64,000 nucleotides of DNA from an uncultured Candidatus Saccharibacteria bacterium (GCA_964385105.1 CAYLMU010000001.1:369936-433935); one strand, 5' to 3'; shown: positions 1 through 11,431, numbered from the stretch's first letter. Numbers and translations are program-made. The notes: generated from the letters alone by a model not told the origin.

Positions 1-1
1 T

Positions 2-604
2 GCACACGAACTTTTAAAGGACAATAAGAATAAAGAAATTATTTATGACGTTAAATGTTCACAGTTACTTGAAGACCTTGTACCGCAATGGGGTGGTATA
101 CCCAAAATGATTAGAACAGGTCATGCGTTTTTTGTAGAACAAGTGCGTAAAGCCGAGTCAATCGGTGGTGAATACTCAGGACACATGTATTTTGCCGACA
201 GATACTTTGGATATGATGACGGTTTATATACTGCATTGAGACTGATTGAACTGATGGAGTCAAAGAATATGAAACTATCGGAATTAATGAAGAATTTTCC
301 TGTACGGGTAAATACGCCTGAAATAAAAATAGCAGTTGATGACAAGAAAAAATTTGAAATAGTAGAAGCAGTGAAAAACGAAATTTATAAGCAAAAAGCT
401 ACATACAAAAATATTTCCACAATAGATGGAATAAGGGTTGCTGTTAGTGATTCTGGATGGTTTTTGATAAGGCCGTCTAACACAAATCCATATTTAAGTA
501 TTAGAGCCGAAGGTGAAAATAACGAAGAAGTTTCAAGTTTGGTAACAACAATTATTGATTTATTACGAAAAGTCGGTGTTGATGTAAATGACCAAATCTA
601 TTAA
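2..604 (+). CDS. Phosphomannomutase/phosphoglucomutase, C-terminal part (5' end lies outside the window)
   Basis: Frame open from position 2 (IIYDVKCSQ...); GEYSGH sugar-binding motif; DG.R..WFLIRPSNT domain IV motif. Confidence 0.9.
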   Translation, partial: AHELLKDNKNKEIIYDVKCSQLLEDLVPQWGGIPKMIRTGHAFFVEQVRKAESIGGEYSGHMYFADRYFGYDDGLYTALRLIELMESKNMKLSELMKNFPVRVNTPEIKIAVDDKKKFEIVEAVKNEIYKQKATYKNISTIDGIRVAVSDSGWFLIRPSNTNPYLSIRAEGENNEEVSSLVTTIIDLLRKVGVDVNDQIY

Positions 605-613
605 CATGAATAT

Positions 614-2989
614 ATGAATAAAAATACTGCTCATATACTTTGGTTTGACGAAATTCACAAAGATGACATTCCATATGTAGGAGGCAAGGGTGCAAATCTG
701 GGTGAAATGGTAAATGCGGGAATTCCGGTACCAAATGGATTTGTTGTAACTGCCAAAGCATATTATGACTTTTTAAAGTCCACTTCACTGAAAGAAAAAA
801 TAACAACAGAATTAACCGGACTTGACATGAATGATTCAAATAAGCTGATTGCAGCATCACAGCATATTGAAACGGCAATTATGGCAGCTGAAATGCCCGC
901 AAAAATACAACAGGAAATAAAGGAGGCTTATCATAAATTATCGGGTGAGTTTGATAAATTAGTTGCTGTTAGATCTTCGGCAACTGCGGAAGATTTACCT
1001 GACGCATCATTTGCAGGTCAACAGGAGACTTTTTTAAACATAAAAGGTTATAAGGATGTTGTAAAACATGTTCAAAAAGCCTGGGCTTCATTATTTGAGC
1101 CTCGAGCAATTTTTTATAGAACAGACAAGGGATACGACCACCTTAAAGTTGGAATTGCTGTACCGGTACAGCTTATGATTCAATCTGAAATTTCAGGAAT
1201 TATGTTTACCGTGAATCCGTTAACAAATGATAAAGGCGAAGTTTCAGTTGAAGCTGCCTGGGGACTTGGACAGCCTATTGTTTCAGGTGAAATAACCCCT
1301 GATCAATTTATATACAACAAATCGCAAGACAAAATTGTTTACAAACATATTGCTGAACAAACATGGCAGTTTACATTGGCAGGAAAAGTTCCCGTTTCAA
1401 AAGCATATCAGAATGTTCAAAAAATGTCGGACAAACATGTGAAAGAACTTGCACAAATGGGTGTAAAAATTGAGAAACATTATGGAAGGCCACAGGATAT
1501 TGAGTGGGGAATGGAAGGAGGAAAGCTTTATATTGTGCAATCCCGACCGGTGACTACAATAAAGGATGAGTCTGAATCAAAGGAAGATTTTGAGGTTAAA
1601 GTTGATATTAAAAATGCAGGTGTGTTTATTGCCGAAGGTTTAGGTGCATCCCCCGGAGTTTCAAGCGGAAAAGTAAAAATAATCAAAGATCCATCTGAAA
1701 TTCACAAAGTAAAAGATGGAGATATTTTGGTAGCAGAAATGACAAATCCGGACTATGTTCCGGCAATGCGTAGAGCTAGTGCCATTGTTACCGATATGGG
1801 CGGCAGAACTTCACACGCAGCAATTGTTAGCCGGGAATTGGGAATTCCTGCAATTGTGGGTTGTGGAAATGTAACAAAGGTCTTAAGAGAAGATGAGGTT
1901 ATAACAGTAGATGGATTTGAAGGAAAAATATATGAGGGGGAGCATTTAATCAAAGAAAAAATTGAAAACAGCAAAAAGGCAAACGCAGACCTTAAAACAG
2001 CAACAAAAATATATGTAAATCTTGCAGAACCCGAACTTGCAGAAGACTTGGCCAAAAGAAATGTTGACGGTGTGGGGTTATTGAGAGCCGAGTTTATGAT
2101 TGCAGCAATTGGGAAACACCCGAGAAAATTTATTGAAGAAAAAAAACAACAGGAATTTGTTGATCAGCTGGTTGACGGGCTTGAAAAATTTGCAAAAGCA
2201 TTTTACCCAAAACCCGTTGTTTATCGAGCAACCGATTTTAGATCAAATGAATATAAAAACTTAATCGGCGGTGACAAATATGAAGAAGATGAACCAAACC
2301 CCATGATCGGATTTAGAGGTGCTTATAGATATATTGTAGATGATGAAGTTTTTACGCTGGAACTTGAGGCAATAAAAACCGTTAGAAATAAGCTTGGTTT
2401 TAAGAATTTACATATGATGATTCCTTTTGTGAGAACAGTTGAACAGTTGCGGGAAGTTAAAAAAATAATGTCTTCGAATTATTTAAGAAGAAGTGGTTCA
2501 TTTAAGCTATGGATGATGGTTGAAATTCCGTCAAATGTGATAATGCTGGATGAATTTATAAAAGAAGGTATTGACGGTGTATCAATTGGAAGCAACGATT
2601 TAACAATGCTTATTTTAGGTGTAGATCGAGATAACGCCAAGGTGGCAGATGTTTATAATGAACTTGATCCTGCAGTTTTGGCTAGCTTGGAAAAAATTGT
2701 TACAACATGCAAAAGGCACAAAATAACGTGTTCAATCTGCGGGCAAGCTCCGTCAGTTTACCCTGAATTGGTAGAAAAGCTAGTTGAATGGGGAATAACG
2801 TCTGTATCAATTAGCCCTGACATAATTGAATCCACACGAGAAAATGTTTATAACGCTGAAAAAAAACTATTAGGTGATAGAAATAAGCATAATACAAAAT
2901 CTAAAGCGCCTGCAAAAAAGATTGTTAAAACAAAATCTGAAACAAAAGCTAAGAAAACCTTTTCAAAAACAAAAACAAAGAAAAAATAG
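614..2989 (+). CDS. ppsA: Phosphoenolpyruvate synthase (pyruvate, water dikinase)
   Basis: GGKGANLGE, VAVRSSATAED..DASFAGQ, phospho-His motif GGRTSHAAIVSRE, SIGSNDL, SICGQ. Confidence 0.96.
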   Translation: MNKNTAHILWFDEIHKDDIPYVGGKGANLGEMVNAGIPVPNGFVVTAKAYYDFLKSTSLKEKITTELTGLDMNDSNKLIAASQHIETAIMAAEMPAKIQQEIKEAYHKLSGEFDKLVAVRSSATAEDLPDASFAGQQETFLNIKGYKDVVKHVQKAWASLFEPRAIFYRTDKGYDHLKVGIAVPVQLMIQSEISGIMFTVNPLTNDKGEVSVEAAWGLGQPIVSGEITPDQFIYNKSQDKIVYKHIAEQTWQFTLAGKVPVSKAYQNVQKMSDKHVKELAQMGVKIEKHYGRPQDIEWGMEGGKLYIVQSRPVTTIKDESESKEDFEVKVDIKNAGVFIAEGLGASPGVSSGKVKIIKDPSEIHKVKDGDILVAEMTNPDYVPAMRRASAIVTDMGGRTSHAAIVSRELGIPAIVGCGNVTKVLREDEVITVDGFEGKIYEGEHLIKEKIENSKKANADLKTATKIYVNLAEPELAEDLAKRNVDGVGLLRAEFMIAAIGKHPRKFIEEKKQQEFVDQLVDGLEKFAKAFYPKPVVYRATDFRSNEYKNLIGGDKYEEDEPNPMIGFRGAYRYIVDDEVFTLELEAIKTVRNKLGFKNLHMMIPFVRTVEQLREVKKIMSSNYLRRSGSFKLWMMVEIPSNVIMLDEFIKEGIDGVSIGSNDLTMLILGVDRDNAKVADVYNELDPAVLASLEKIVTTCKRHKITCSICGQAPSVYPELVEKLVEWGITSVSISPDIIESTRENVYNAEKKLLGDRNKHNTKSKAPAKKIVKTKSETKAKKTFSKTKTKKK

Positions 2990-2992
2990 TTT

Positions 2993-4207
2993 ATGTCAAA
3001 AATAAAATCCATTACATGTCACAAAGTGCTTGATTCCAGGGGAAACTGGACAATTGAAACACATGTAGAGCTTGAAGACGGTTCTCAAGGTGCACAAACA
3101 GTTCCTGATGGAGCCTCAAAAGGCGAGAATGAAGCAATATATGTTTCAGCTGATAAAGCTATTGAAATAGTACAACATCCAATTGCAGATTTGTTGAGGG
3201 GAAAAGATGCTACTGATCAAAAAGAAATTGACCGGTTAATGCTTGAAATGGACGGAACCATTAACAAATCACATTTAGGCGGAAATAGTATGTTATCAGT
3301 TTCATTAGCCAATGCAAAAGCTGCCGCACAATTTAAGAAAGTAGAGTTATTTGAACATTTAGCAAGTCTTGGGGGTTATTCAGTTATAAACCCAAAACTT
3401 CCAACACCGGTTTTTAACGTTTTGAATGGTGGTAAACATGCACATAATGGATTGTCATTTCAGGAATTTATGGTAATTCCAAACAGTGCAATGGAATTTG
3501 ATAAAGCAATGGAGCTTGGTGTAGCAGTGTATCACTCTCTAAAAGAAAAGCTTAGCCAAGACGGTTATGATACCGACGTAGGTGATGAGGGGGGATTTGC
3601 GCCAAACAATTTTACTGTTGAAAAAGCTTTGGACTATTTAGTTAAGGCAATTGAGGGCAATTACAAATTAGGCGAAGATGTATTTTTTGGAATGGATGTT
3701 GCAGCAGAAAGCTTTTATGACCATAAAAATTACATAATTAAAGAGCAGGAACTTATTTTGAACTCTGTTGAGCTTGGTGGGTTTTATGCAAAATTGTTAA
3801 AAAAATATCCGTTGATTTACCTTGAAGACCCGTTTTATGAGGGAGATTACAGTGCGTGGAAAGAGTTTTGTGAAAAGTATGGCGCTCAATTAATGGTTGT
3901 TGGTGATGATTTAGTAGTAACAAATCCAAGATACTTGAAAAAAGCAATAAATGAAAAGTTAGCAAACGCAGTTATTGTAAAGCCCAATCAAGTCGGAACT
4001 TTGACTGAAACATTGGAATTTGTTAAAAATGCTCAAGACGCCGATATGGCAATATGCATTTCTCACAGAAGCGGAGATACAGGTGAAGATACATTCATTG
4101 CAGATTTAGCGGTTGCGGTTGGTGCCGAATTTATGAAATCTGGTGCGCCTGCGCGTGGTGAAAGAACGGTTAAGTATAATAGATTGTTGGAAATTTACGG
4201 CAATTAA
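2993..4207 (+). CDS. eno: Enolase
   Basis: LDSRGN, NGGKHA, GDEGGFAP, VGDDL, KPNQVGTLTE, SHRSG. Confidence 0.95.
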   Translation: MSKIKSITCHKVLDSRGNWTIETHVELEDGSQGAQTVPDGASKGENEAIYVSADKAIEIVQHPIADLLRGKDATDQKEIDRLMLEMDGTINKSHLGGNSMLSVSLANAKAAAQFKKVELFEHLASLGGYSVINPKLPTPVFNVLNGGKHAHNGLSFQEFMVIPNSAMEFDKAMELGVAVYHSLKEKLSQDGYDTDVGDEGGFAPNNFTVEKALDYLVKAIEGNYKLGEDVFFGMDVAAESFYDHKNYIIKEQELILNSVELGGFYAKLLKKYPLIYLEDPFYEGDYSAWKEFCEKYGAQLMVVGDDLVVTNPRYLKKAINEKLANAVIVKPNQVGTLTETLEFVKNAQDADMAICISHRSGDTGEDTFIADLAVAVGAEFMKSGAPARGERTVKYNRLLEIYGN

Positions 4208-4222
4208 TTATTTTACAATTAG

Positions 4223-4927
4223 CTATTTTATTGAGTACGCTGCATAATCTCTACCAAGAGGTGTTTCAATATGAGCTGTTTCTTCATCCGTGAGGCCTTC
4301 AAAGCGTTGCCTTATTCCTCTTATCGAATTACCGTGGCACGATATTGCCACATTTAATTTATGTTCCCTCATCAAAGGCAAAATCTCGTCTAAAAATTCG
4401 TTAACGCGTTTAATCACCATTTCCATGCTTTCACCATTTGGCGGCACGGTTGAGTAGCTGCGGCGATATTTGTCGCTTAGCTCAGGATTTTCAAGATAAA
4501 ATTCAAGCTTGCTTTTGCCTTGCAGGTCGCCGTAGCTGCGTTCTTTTATTCGCGGGTCTTTTATGATTTCTAAAGTTTTTGCGTGTTCGTTTTTTGACAC
4601 GGCAATTTCCATGGTTTTTATTGCTCGAATCAGGTCAGACGCCACTAAAATGTCAAACTTTTTGTCTTTTAAACTTTCAGCCAGTATTTCTGCCTGTTTA
4701 ACGCCGTTCTCGGTTAAATCAACATCCCGCCACCCGCTGTGCAGCATGTCTGCGTTGTCTTGGGTTTCACCATGTCTAAAAACATATAAAATGGGGTAAT
4801 TAGGGTTTTCATCTTTTGGCAGCGGGTCAACATTTTTGTATGTTAAATATTTTATCGCTTCATCTACTTTGTCTTTACCGTATTTTTTGTAATAAATTTC
4901 AAATTGGGCAGGAGTCAACATAAACAA
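4223..4927 (-). CDS. gpmA: Histidine-phosphatase family protein, probable cofactor-dependent phosphoglycerate mutase
   Basis: RHGET, SGWRDVDLT, ERSYGDLQG, PPNGES, CHGNSIR; converges on eno. Confidence 0.8.
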   Translation of the reverse strand: MFMLTPAQFEIYYKKYGKDKVDEAIKYLTYKNVDPLPKDENPNYPILYVFRHGETQDNADMLHSGWRDVDLTENGVKQAEILAESLKDKKFDILVASDLIRAIKTMEIAVSKNEHAKTLEIIKDPRIKERSYGDLQGKSKLEFYLENPELSDKYRRSYSTVPPNGESMEMVIKRVNEFLDEILPLMREHKLNVAISCHGNSIRGIRQRFEGLTDEETAHIETPLGRDYAAYSIK

Positions 4928-4965
4928 ATAGTAGCATATATAAGATCATCTGTTAAAATGGTCAC

Positions 4966-5640
4966 ATGCATATTTTCTCAACAATTACTGCTTACCTTGA
5001 AGATTTGTCAAAAGTAGTACCGGTTGACATTTTTACTTTCGTAGGAGCATTAGTTGAGGAAATTATTGCTCCGATTCCATCGCCGGTAATTATGACATTG
5101 GCTGGATCAATTTCGAGTTCACAAGATAAAGCTATGTTATTTTTGTTATGGCTGGCGTTTGTTGGAGGACTGGGAAAAATAATAGGCTCGGTATTTTTGT
5201 ATGTTGTTTCAGATAAAGCTGAAGATGTATTGCTTGGACGATTTGGTAAATTTATAGGAATCACTCATAAAGAGGTTGAAGGTTGGGGAAAACACTTTAA
5301 CGGAGGAAATAAAGAATTTTTATTAATTTTAGTTTTACGTGCAATACCCATTGTTCCAACCGCTCCAATATCTGTGGTTGCCGGTGTGCTTAAACTAAAC
5401 TTTAAATCTTACATTTCAGGCTCGTTTATTGGTTATATAATAAGAAACTTAATTTATTTGTACATTGGTTATGTAGGTCATGAATCTTACCAGAACATAC
5501 TTGAGGGTCTTGATAGTGTTGAATCAATTGTACAGTTGTTGATAGGCGGCACACTAGTTGGAATTGTGGGATGGATGTACTACAAACGTAACAAAGTTGA
5601 CGCTGTTGAGATCATTAAATCCCGCATGAACCGCAATTAA
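4966..5640 (+). CDS. DedA/VTT family membrane protein
   Basis: Multi-TM; E..iaPiPS motif and R.iP.vP motif. Confidence 0.8.
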   Translation: MHIFSTITAYLEDLSKVVPVDIFTFVGALVEEIIAPIPSPVIMTLAGSISSSQDKAMLFLLWLAFVGGLGKIIGSVFLYVVSDKAEDVLLGRFGKFIGITHKEVEGWGKHFNGGNKEFLLILVLRAIPIVPTAPISVVAGVLKLNFKSYISGSFIGYIIRNLIYLYIGYVGHESYQNILEGLDSVESIVQLLIGGTLVGIVGWMYYKRNKVDAVEIIKSRMNRN

Positions 5641-5654
5641 GCTATACCCTTAAA

Positions 5655-6287
5655 TTATTTATTGTATTTTCTAATTACTCCAGTTACTTTGCCTTGAATC
5701 TGAAGATTTTCAGCATCAACAATAATAGGATCCATTTGACTGTTTGCCGGTTGTAATCTTATTTTCCCGTTTTTTTCTCTATAAAATGATTTTAAAGTGG
5801 CAAACGATTCATCAAGTAGAGCAACAACTATGTCACCGTCTTCTGCAGTTTCCTGGTGCTGAATTACAACAAAATCACCGTCAAATATACCTTCTTCTAT
5901 CATAGAATCACCTCTAACCTGCAAAACATAGCATCTTTTAACTTTTGATACTAAGTCAGGTGACACTGAAATTGTTTCTAGAGGGTTTTCAATAGCTTCA
6001 ATAGGTTCGCCCGCTGCAATGTAGCCTACAAGAGGGAGATCAATACCATGAAGTGCTGCGCTTACTGATTCATCTACTATTTCGATTCCTCTAACAGCAC
6101 CTTCAAATCTTTTAATTACATTTTTTCTTTCTAAGGTTTGCAGGTGTTCATGAACTGTAGCAAGTGATGAAAGGCTCATAGCGTCTGCTATTTCCTGCAA
6201 AGTCGGGGAACACCCGTTTTTTTGAATATATTGAGAAATATAGTCTAGAATTTGTTTTTGACGTTTATAAAGTGTTACTGGGCTCAT
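5655..6287 (-). CDS. lexA: SOS repressor LexA
   Basis: N-terminal wHTH (PTLQEIA), Ala-Gly cleavage site IAAGEP, catalytic Ser in GDSM, Lys in TLK. Confidence 0.96.
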   Translation of the reverse strand: MSPVTLYKRQKQILDYISQYIQKNGCSPTLQEIADAMSLSSLATVHEHLQTLERKNVIKRFEGAVRGIEIVDESVSAALHGIDLPLVGYIAAGEPIEAIENPLETISVSPDLVSKVKRCYVLQVRGDSMIEEGIFDGDFVVIQHQETAEDGDIVVALLDESFATLKSFYREKNGKIRLQPANSQMDPIIVDAENLQIQGKVTGVIRKYNK

Positions 6288-6310
6288 TAAAGTTTCCTTA
6301 AATTTAATAC

Positions 6311-6326
6311 TTTGGCTTTTTTTCGG
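6311..6326 (+). promoter_or_regulatory. Putative LexA box TTTGG-N6-TTCGG upstream of lexA
   Basis: Direct repeat with 11-bp period in the lexA/uvrB intergenic region. Confidence 0.65.
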
Positions 6327-6340
6327 CTGAATAAATAATA

Positions 6341-6356
6341 CCGAACTCTACCCGAA
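6341..6356 (-). promoter_or_regulatory. Putative LexA box CCGAA-N6-CCGAA (TTCGG-N6-TTCGG on the minus strand)
   Basis: Perfect direct repeat ccgaa-ctctac-ccgaa in the lexA promoter. Confidence 0.8.
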
Positions 6357-6385
6357 GATGTCAACACTCAAATTTTTGAGATTTT

Positions 6386-6415
6386 CCAAACAAAACCCAA
6401 AAGTCATGATAAAAT
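6386..6415 (+). promoter_or_regulatory. uvrB promoter: LexA-like box CCAAA-N6-CCAAA (6386-6401) plus extended -10 TGATAAAAT (6407-6415)
   Basis: Read directly from sequence; -10 ends 6 nt before the GTG start. Confidence 0.65.
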
Positions 6416-6421
6416 AGCTAT

Positions 6422-8497
6422 GTGTTTGATTTACAATCCAATTACAAACCAACAGGTGATCAACCGAAGGCAATTGAGCAGCTAACCAAAGGTGTACTGG
6501 ATGATAAGAAACACCAGGTTTTACTTGGTGTCACGGGTAGCGGAAAAACTTTTACCGCGGCAAATGTAATACAAAATGTTTCAAAACCATCTCTTATTAT
6601 TTCCCACAACAAAACATTGGCGGCTCAGCTGTACCAGGAGTTTAGGGATTTTTTTCCAAATAATGCTGTTGAGTTTTTTGTAAGTTATTACGATTATTAT
6701 CAGCCCGAAAGTTATATTCCTCATACTGATACATATATTGAAAAAGACGCGGATATTAATGAAGAGATTGACAAATTAAGGCTGTCTGCCACAACGTCAC
6801 TTATGACAAGAAAAGATGTAATTATTGTTGCGTCGGTATCCTGTATTTATAACCTGGGATCGCCTGCAGAATATTCCAAAGTAGCTTTAGAATTGAAAGA
6901 GGGCATGAAACTTAGACAATTAGACTTGTTGAAACGTTTGGATCAGATTCATTATGACCGAGATGAGTATGATTTTAAGCGCGGTACATACAGAGTTCGT
7001 GGGGATGTAATTGATGTGTATCCGGCTTATTTGGAGTATGCGGTACGGCTTGAACTTTTTGGTGATAATTTGGCAAATATTAGTTTTTTTGACCCTTTAA
7101 CCGGAAACCAGGTAGACAGAACAGGTTTACCCGTTGAAAGAAGAGGCAGCCATACAAAATCACAAACTATGGATGAACAGACTTACAACGAACTGCGTAT
7201 GAAAGAAGGCGGATTTGTTGAAATTTATCCTGCCAAGCACTATATAACCGCAGAAGAAAGAAGAGAAAGTGCATTGCAACAAATTGAATTTGACCTTCAA
7301 CTAAGGTTAAAAGATTTAAGAGATATGGGTAAAATGGTTGAAGCATATCGTCTTGAACAAAAAACCATGTATGACCTTGAAATGATTCGTGAAATTGGTT
7401 ATTGCAAAGGAATTGAGAATTATTCCAGGTACTTTGACGGACGTGCTCCGGGTGCCAAGCCTTATACACTCATGGACTTTTTTCCGGAAGATTATTTAAT
7501 TATTATTGATGAATCTCATATAACGATTCCGCAAATTAGAGGTATGCACAATGGTGATCAGGCAAGAAAAAAGAATTTGATTGATTACGGATTTAGACTC
7601 CCTTCGGCTTATGATAACAGGCCTTTAAATTTTGATGAATTTATGCAGAATACTAATCAGCTGGTTTATACCAGTGCTACCCCCTCGACGTGGGAATTGG
7701 AAATTTCAAACAAAAACATTGCCGAACAATTAATAAGGCCCACAGGAATTACAGACCCCATAATTCACCTCAAACCGACAAAAGGTCAAATGGAAGACTT
7801 GCTTAGTTTGATTAAAGAAAGAACAGCAAAAGGTGAGCGTACATTGGTAACTACCTTAACAAAAAGAATGGCAGAAGAATTATCGTCATATTTGGTTGAA
7901 AAAGAAGTAAAAGTAACTTATTTGCATTCAGACATTGTAACGCTTGAGCGAACCAATATTCTTGATGATTTACGTCGCGGGAATTACGACGTGCTTGTGG
8001 GAATTAATTTATTGCGTGAAGGTCTTGACCTGCCTGAAGTATCATTGGTAGCAATATTGGATGCAGATAAAGAAGGCTTTTTGAGATCGGAATCATCGCT
8101 TATACAAACAATGGGAAGAGCTGCAAGACATATTAGCGGTGAAGTGGTGATGTACGCCGATAATGTCACCGGTAGCATGAAGAAAGCAATAGAAGAGGTT
8201 GAAAGAAGAAGAAAAATTCAGGAAGAATATAACCGTGAACACAACATTATTCCAATGAGTATTCAAAAACCGGTTAGAGAAAAGCTCATTGACGAAATAC
8301 TGCAGGAGCAACTTGCCAATAAAAATAAAATTGTGCATGAAGTTGATTATATGCAGCTCCCTCCAAATGAACTTAAAAAAGAAATTAAGAAGCTTGAAGA
8401 AACAATGAGATATGAAGCCGAGACCCTAAACTTTGAAAAAGCAGCATCATTACGCGATGAAATACGAAAAATTAAGAAAATGACAAAAATCAATTAA
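6422..8497 (+). CDS. uvrB: Excinuclease ABC subunit B
   Basis: [25 protein letters not shown] beta-hairpin, [15 protein letters not shown]-terminal UVR domain. Confidence 0.97.
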   Translation: MFDLQSNYKPTGDQPKAIEQLTKGVLDDKKHQVLLGVTGSGKTFTAANVIQNVSKPSLIISHNKTLAAQLYQEFRDFFPNNAVEFFVSYYDYYQPESYIPHTDTYIEKDADINEEIDKLRLSATTSLMTRKDVIIVASVSCIYNLGSPAEYSKVALELKEGMKLRQLDLLKRLDQIHYDRDEYDFKRGTYRVRGDVIDVYPAYLEYAVRLELFGDNLANISFFDPLTGNQVDRTGLPVERRGSHTKSQTMDEQTYNELRMKEGGFVEIYPAKHYITAEERRESALQQIEFDLQLRLKDLRDMGKMVEAYRLEQKTMYDLEMIREIGYCKGIENYSRYFDGRAPGAKPYTLMDFFPEDYLIIIDESHITIPQIRGMHNGDQARKKNLIDYGFRLPSAYDNRPLNFDEFMQNTNQLVYTSATPSTWELEISNKNIAEQLIRPTGITDPIIHLKPTKGQMEDLLSLIKERTAKGERTLVTTLTKRMAEELSSYLVEKEVKVTYLHSDIVTLERTNILDDLRRGNYDVLVGINLLREGLDLPEVSLVAILDADKEGFLRSESSLIQTMGRAARHISGEVVMYADNVTGSMKKAIEEVERRRKIQEEYNREHNIIPMSIQKPVREKLIDEILQEQLANKNKIVHEVDYMQLPPNELKKEIKKLEETMRYEAETLNFEKAASLRDEIRKIKKMTKIN

Positions 8498-8603
8498 CAT
8501 TAGTTCATTTATCCTGTAGTTGTCTATATAATACATATACAAGAATAGTTTTTTTGACGTGTCCGGTGCTTAATTTAAGTCCGGATTTATTAAATTAGCT
8601 CCT

Positions 8604-10937
8604 ATGACAAATGAAAAGATACCTGCCAAGACAACTGAAGAGAGTTTGTTTGTACACATTCTGCTTTTCCCCTTGGGCTTTGTGAACAGTTTAGGGTCGG
8701 TGATACTCACAGCTATTGAAAAACTGATTAAATTCGGCAGGAATTTTTTGCGCATCAAGTTTCAAGTTAAAATTCCAAAATTTAATAAAAAAACTTTAAA
8801 ATTAGATTCTTTGAAAGTACGTTATAGTATTTTTAATAAAAAAAACACCAAGTCAGCCACACAAAGAGCTAAAGCCAAAAAAAATAAGAAAATCCGAAAA
8901 AAGCCAAAACAGGTAAAAAAGGCAAAAGTCAGGCGAAAAGGCATTTTACGCCCGGTTGGAGCTTTTGCAACCGGAAGTATGCTTACTTTTACTTTAACAG
9001 TTTTACCTGTATATGCTTATATTTGGTTCAAAGAGTTGCCGCAGCCGGAATTACTAACGCAGCAAGGTCATAATCAGTCCACCAAAATTCTTGATAGAAA
9101 AGGCAGATTATTATATGAAATTTATATAGACAAAAATTATGACAGGGTTGAGCTTAACGAGATCCCTGAGCATGTTATTCAGGCAACTTTAGCCATTGAA
9201 GATGCCGGGTTTTACACTCACCATGGATTTAATTTATCAAGCATAGTTAGAGCAGCTAAATCTACACTTATTGATAATAAAGTACAAGGAGCATCTACAA
9301 TTACCCAGCAATTAATAAAAAATGTACTTTTAACCCCCGAGCAAACTATTTCAAGAAAAGCAAAAGAGCTTGTACTGGCGGTTTTAGTGGAGAAACAATA
9401 CTCAAAAGATGAAATACTTGAACTATATTTAAACAATATTCCTTATGGAGGCACTTCTTATGGAGTACAAGCCGCTTCAAAGAAGTATTTTGGTAAAAGT
9501 GTTGGGGAGCTTGACTTGGCTGAAGCTGCAATGTTGGCCGGGTTACCAACTGCTCCGTCAATTTATTCACCTGTAAGCGGTGACTATGAGTTGGCCAAGA
9601 AACAGCAAAAACTAACTTTAGATAGAATGGTTGATCTTGGTTATATTTCACGCCAAAAGGCAGATGAAGCGTATGCTCAAGAACTTACTTTTGCACCTCA
9701 AACTGATTACATTAGAGCGCCGCATTTTGTTACTTATGTTAGAAATGAGCTTTATGAAATGTATGGACAAAGAATGGTAGATTTAGGCGGTTTAACGGTT
9801 ACAACAACATTAGATTTGGATATGCAGGAAGAGGTTCAGAATATTGTTCGAGAAGAAGTAAAAAATCATTCCCAGTATAATATTTCAAATGGAGCAGCAA
9901 TTGTGCTTGATTCGCGTTCCGGCGGGATATTAGCTTATGTTGGTTCGGTTGATTATTTTTCTGAAGAAGACGGCAAGTTTGATGTTGTTTCGGCATATAG
10001 ACAACCGGGATCTTCAATAAAGCCCGTGACTTATGCACTAGCTTTTGAGAATGGGTATACACCTGCAACAACAATAAATGATTCCAAAGTAACATATCAA
10101 TATGACGGCCAATCTTATACACCCAAGAATTATGATAATAAATTTCGTGGCATGGTTACTTTACGCCAGGCTTTGGCAAATTCTTATAATATACCGGCAG
10201 TAAAACTTTTAAATTCGGTGGGAATGCATAAAATGGTTGAGCTTGGGAATGAATTGGGGTTAAAGAATTGGACGGCACGTGATAATTCATATGGTTTGTC
10301 TATAACATTGGGAGGAAAAGAAGTGAGACTGCTTGATCTTACCAATGTTTATGCCACATTTTCACGAGGGGGGATTTATAAAGAAACAACGCCATTTATT
10401 ACTATAAAAGATTCTTACGGGTTTGTAATATATGACTTGGGCAGTGTTAACGAAAAAAGAGTATTAAAGCCGGAAACAACATATATTTTAACAAGCATTT
10501 TGTCGGACAATAATGCTAGGGCATCAGCTTTTGGCTCAAACAGTAAACTAGTTATTCCGGGTCATACGGTTGCAGTAAAAACAGGCACAACTAACGATAT
10601 AAGGGATAATTTAACTTTAGGATACACTCCTACATATACTGTTGGGGTTTGGGTTGGCAACAACAATAATGAGCCAATGAATCCCAGGCTTGCGTCGGGC
10701 TTGACGGGGGCAGCCCCGTTATGGAATCGCATTTTTACATCTGTGCTTGAAAATACACCAAATGAACCATTTGTAATTCCCGAAGGAATCGCAATAAAAC
10801 ACGACAGTACTTGTAATAGGGTTGAGGTGTTTAACAAAGAGTTTAAGATACCCGATAATTTGTGTAATAATATTCGCAAAGCCAGTGCTGCTCCAGATGA
10901 AGAAGACAGAGATAAAGAAATAAATCAGCCGCTGTAA
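8604..10937 (+). CDS. Class A penicillin-binding protein (transglycosylase/transpeptidase)
   Basis: IED..FY.H.G, GASTITQQL, RKAKE; transpeptidase SSIK, SYN, KTGT motifs. Confidence 0.93.
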   Translation: MTNEKIPAKTTEESLFVHILLFPLGFVNSLGSVILTAIEKLIKFGRNFLRIKFQVKIPKFNKKTLKLDSLKVRYSIFNKKNTKSATQRAKAKKNKKIRKKPKQVKKAKVRRKGILRPVGAFATGSMLTFTLTVLPVYAYIWFKELPQPELLTQQGHNQSTKILDRKGRLLYEIYIDKNYDRVELNEIPEHVIQATLAIEDAGFYTHHGFNLSSIVRAAKSTLIDNKVQGASTITQQLIKNVLLTPEQTISRKAKELVLAVLVEKQYSKDEILELYLNNIPYGGTSYGVQAASKKYFGKSVGELDLAEAAMLAGLPTAPSIYSPVSGDYELAKKQQKLTLDRMVDLGYISRQKADEAYAQELTFAPQTDYIRAPHFVTYVRNELYEMYGQRMVDLGGLTVTTTLDLDMQEEVQNIVREEVKNHSQYNISNGAAIVLDSRSGGILAYVGSVDYFSEEDGKFDVVSAYRQPGSSIKPVTYALAFENGYTPATTINDSKVTYQYDGQSYTPKNYDNKFRGMVTLRQALANSYNIPAVKLLNSVGMHKMVELGNELGLKNWTARDNSYGLSITLGGKEVRLLDLTNVYATFSRGGIYKETTPFITIKDSYGFVIYDLGSVNEKRVLKPETTYILTSILSDNNARASAFGSNSKLVIPGHTVAVKTGTTNDIRDNLTLGYTPTYTVGVWVGNNNNEPMNPRLASGLTGAAPLWNRIFTSVLENTPNEPFVIPEGIAIKHDSTCNRVEVFNKEFKIPDNLCNNIRKASAAPDEEDRDKEINQPL

Positions 10938-10961
10938 AATTGCTATAATTTTATAAAGGGG

Positions 10962-11387
10962 GTGATAAGTGTGAAATTAAATAATAAATTAGAATCTATT
11001 GTAAACAAATTCAAAAAAGACAATCCGAATGCTAACTGGAAAAATTTAATTACCGGTATTTTAATTATTATTATTGCAGGTTTATTTAGCGTTTGGTATT
11101 TGTCAAATAATGCTCAGCAGGCAGAGTTAATAACTGATGTTTCAAACCAATCCCCTGAGCTAATACTTGAAGAAAATTCATTAAACGGAAATAGCGCTGT
11201 TCAAAGTGTTAATGATGGAGAAACGGTAGTTGTTGAAGCTCGTGAGGGCTTATGGCATGTGGCAAAAAGAGTTTGCGGGGATGGTGAAGCTTACAGATAT
11301 ATGGCTCAAGCAAACAATTTAAATGTTCGAAATGCAAGGCTTGCTGTAGGTCAGGAATTAGTGGTAAAGTGCGGACCTTCTGATTAA
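10962..11387 (+). CDS. Membrane-anchored LysM domain protein
   Basis: One TM helix; C-terminal EGLWHVAKR..GDG....AQANNL....L.VGQEL. Confidence 0.8.
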   Translation: MISVKLNNKLESIVNKFKKDNPNANWKNLITGILIIIIAGLFSVWYLSNNAQQAELITDVSNQSPELILEENSLNGNSAVQSVNDGETVVVEAREGLWHVAKRVCGDGEAYRYMAQANNLNVRNARLAVGQELVVKCGPSD

Positions 11388-11431
11388 CTTATATGTCGGC
11401 TTTTCTAACTTTCTGCCCGGTTAGAAAATGC

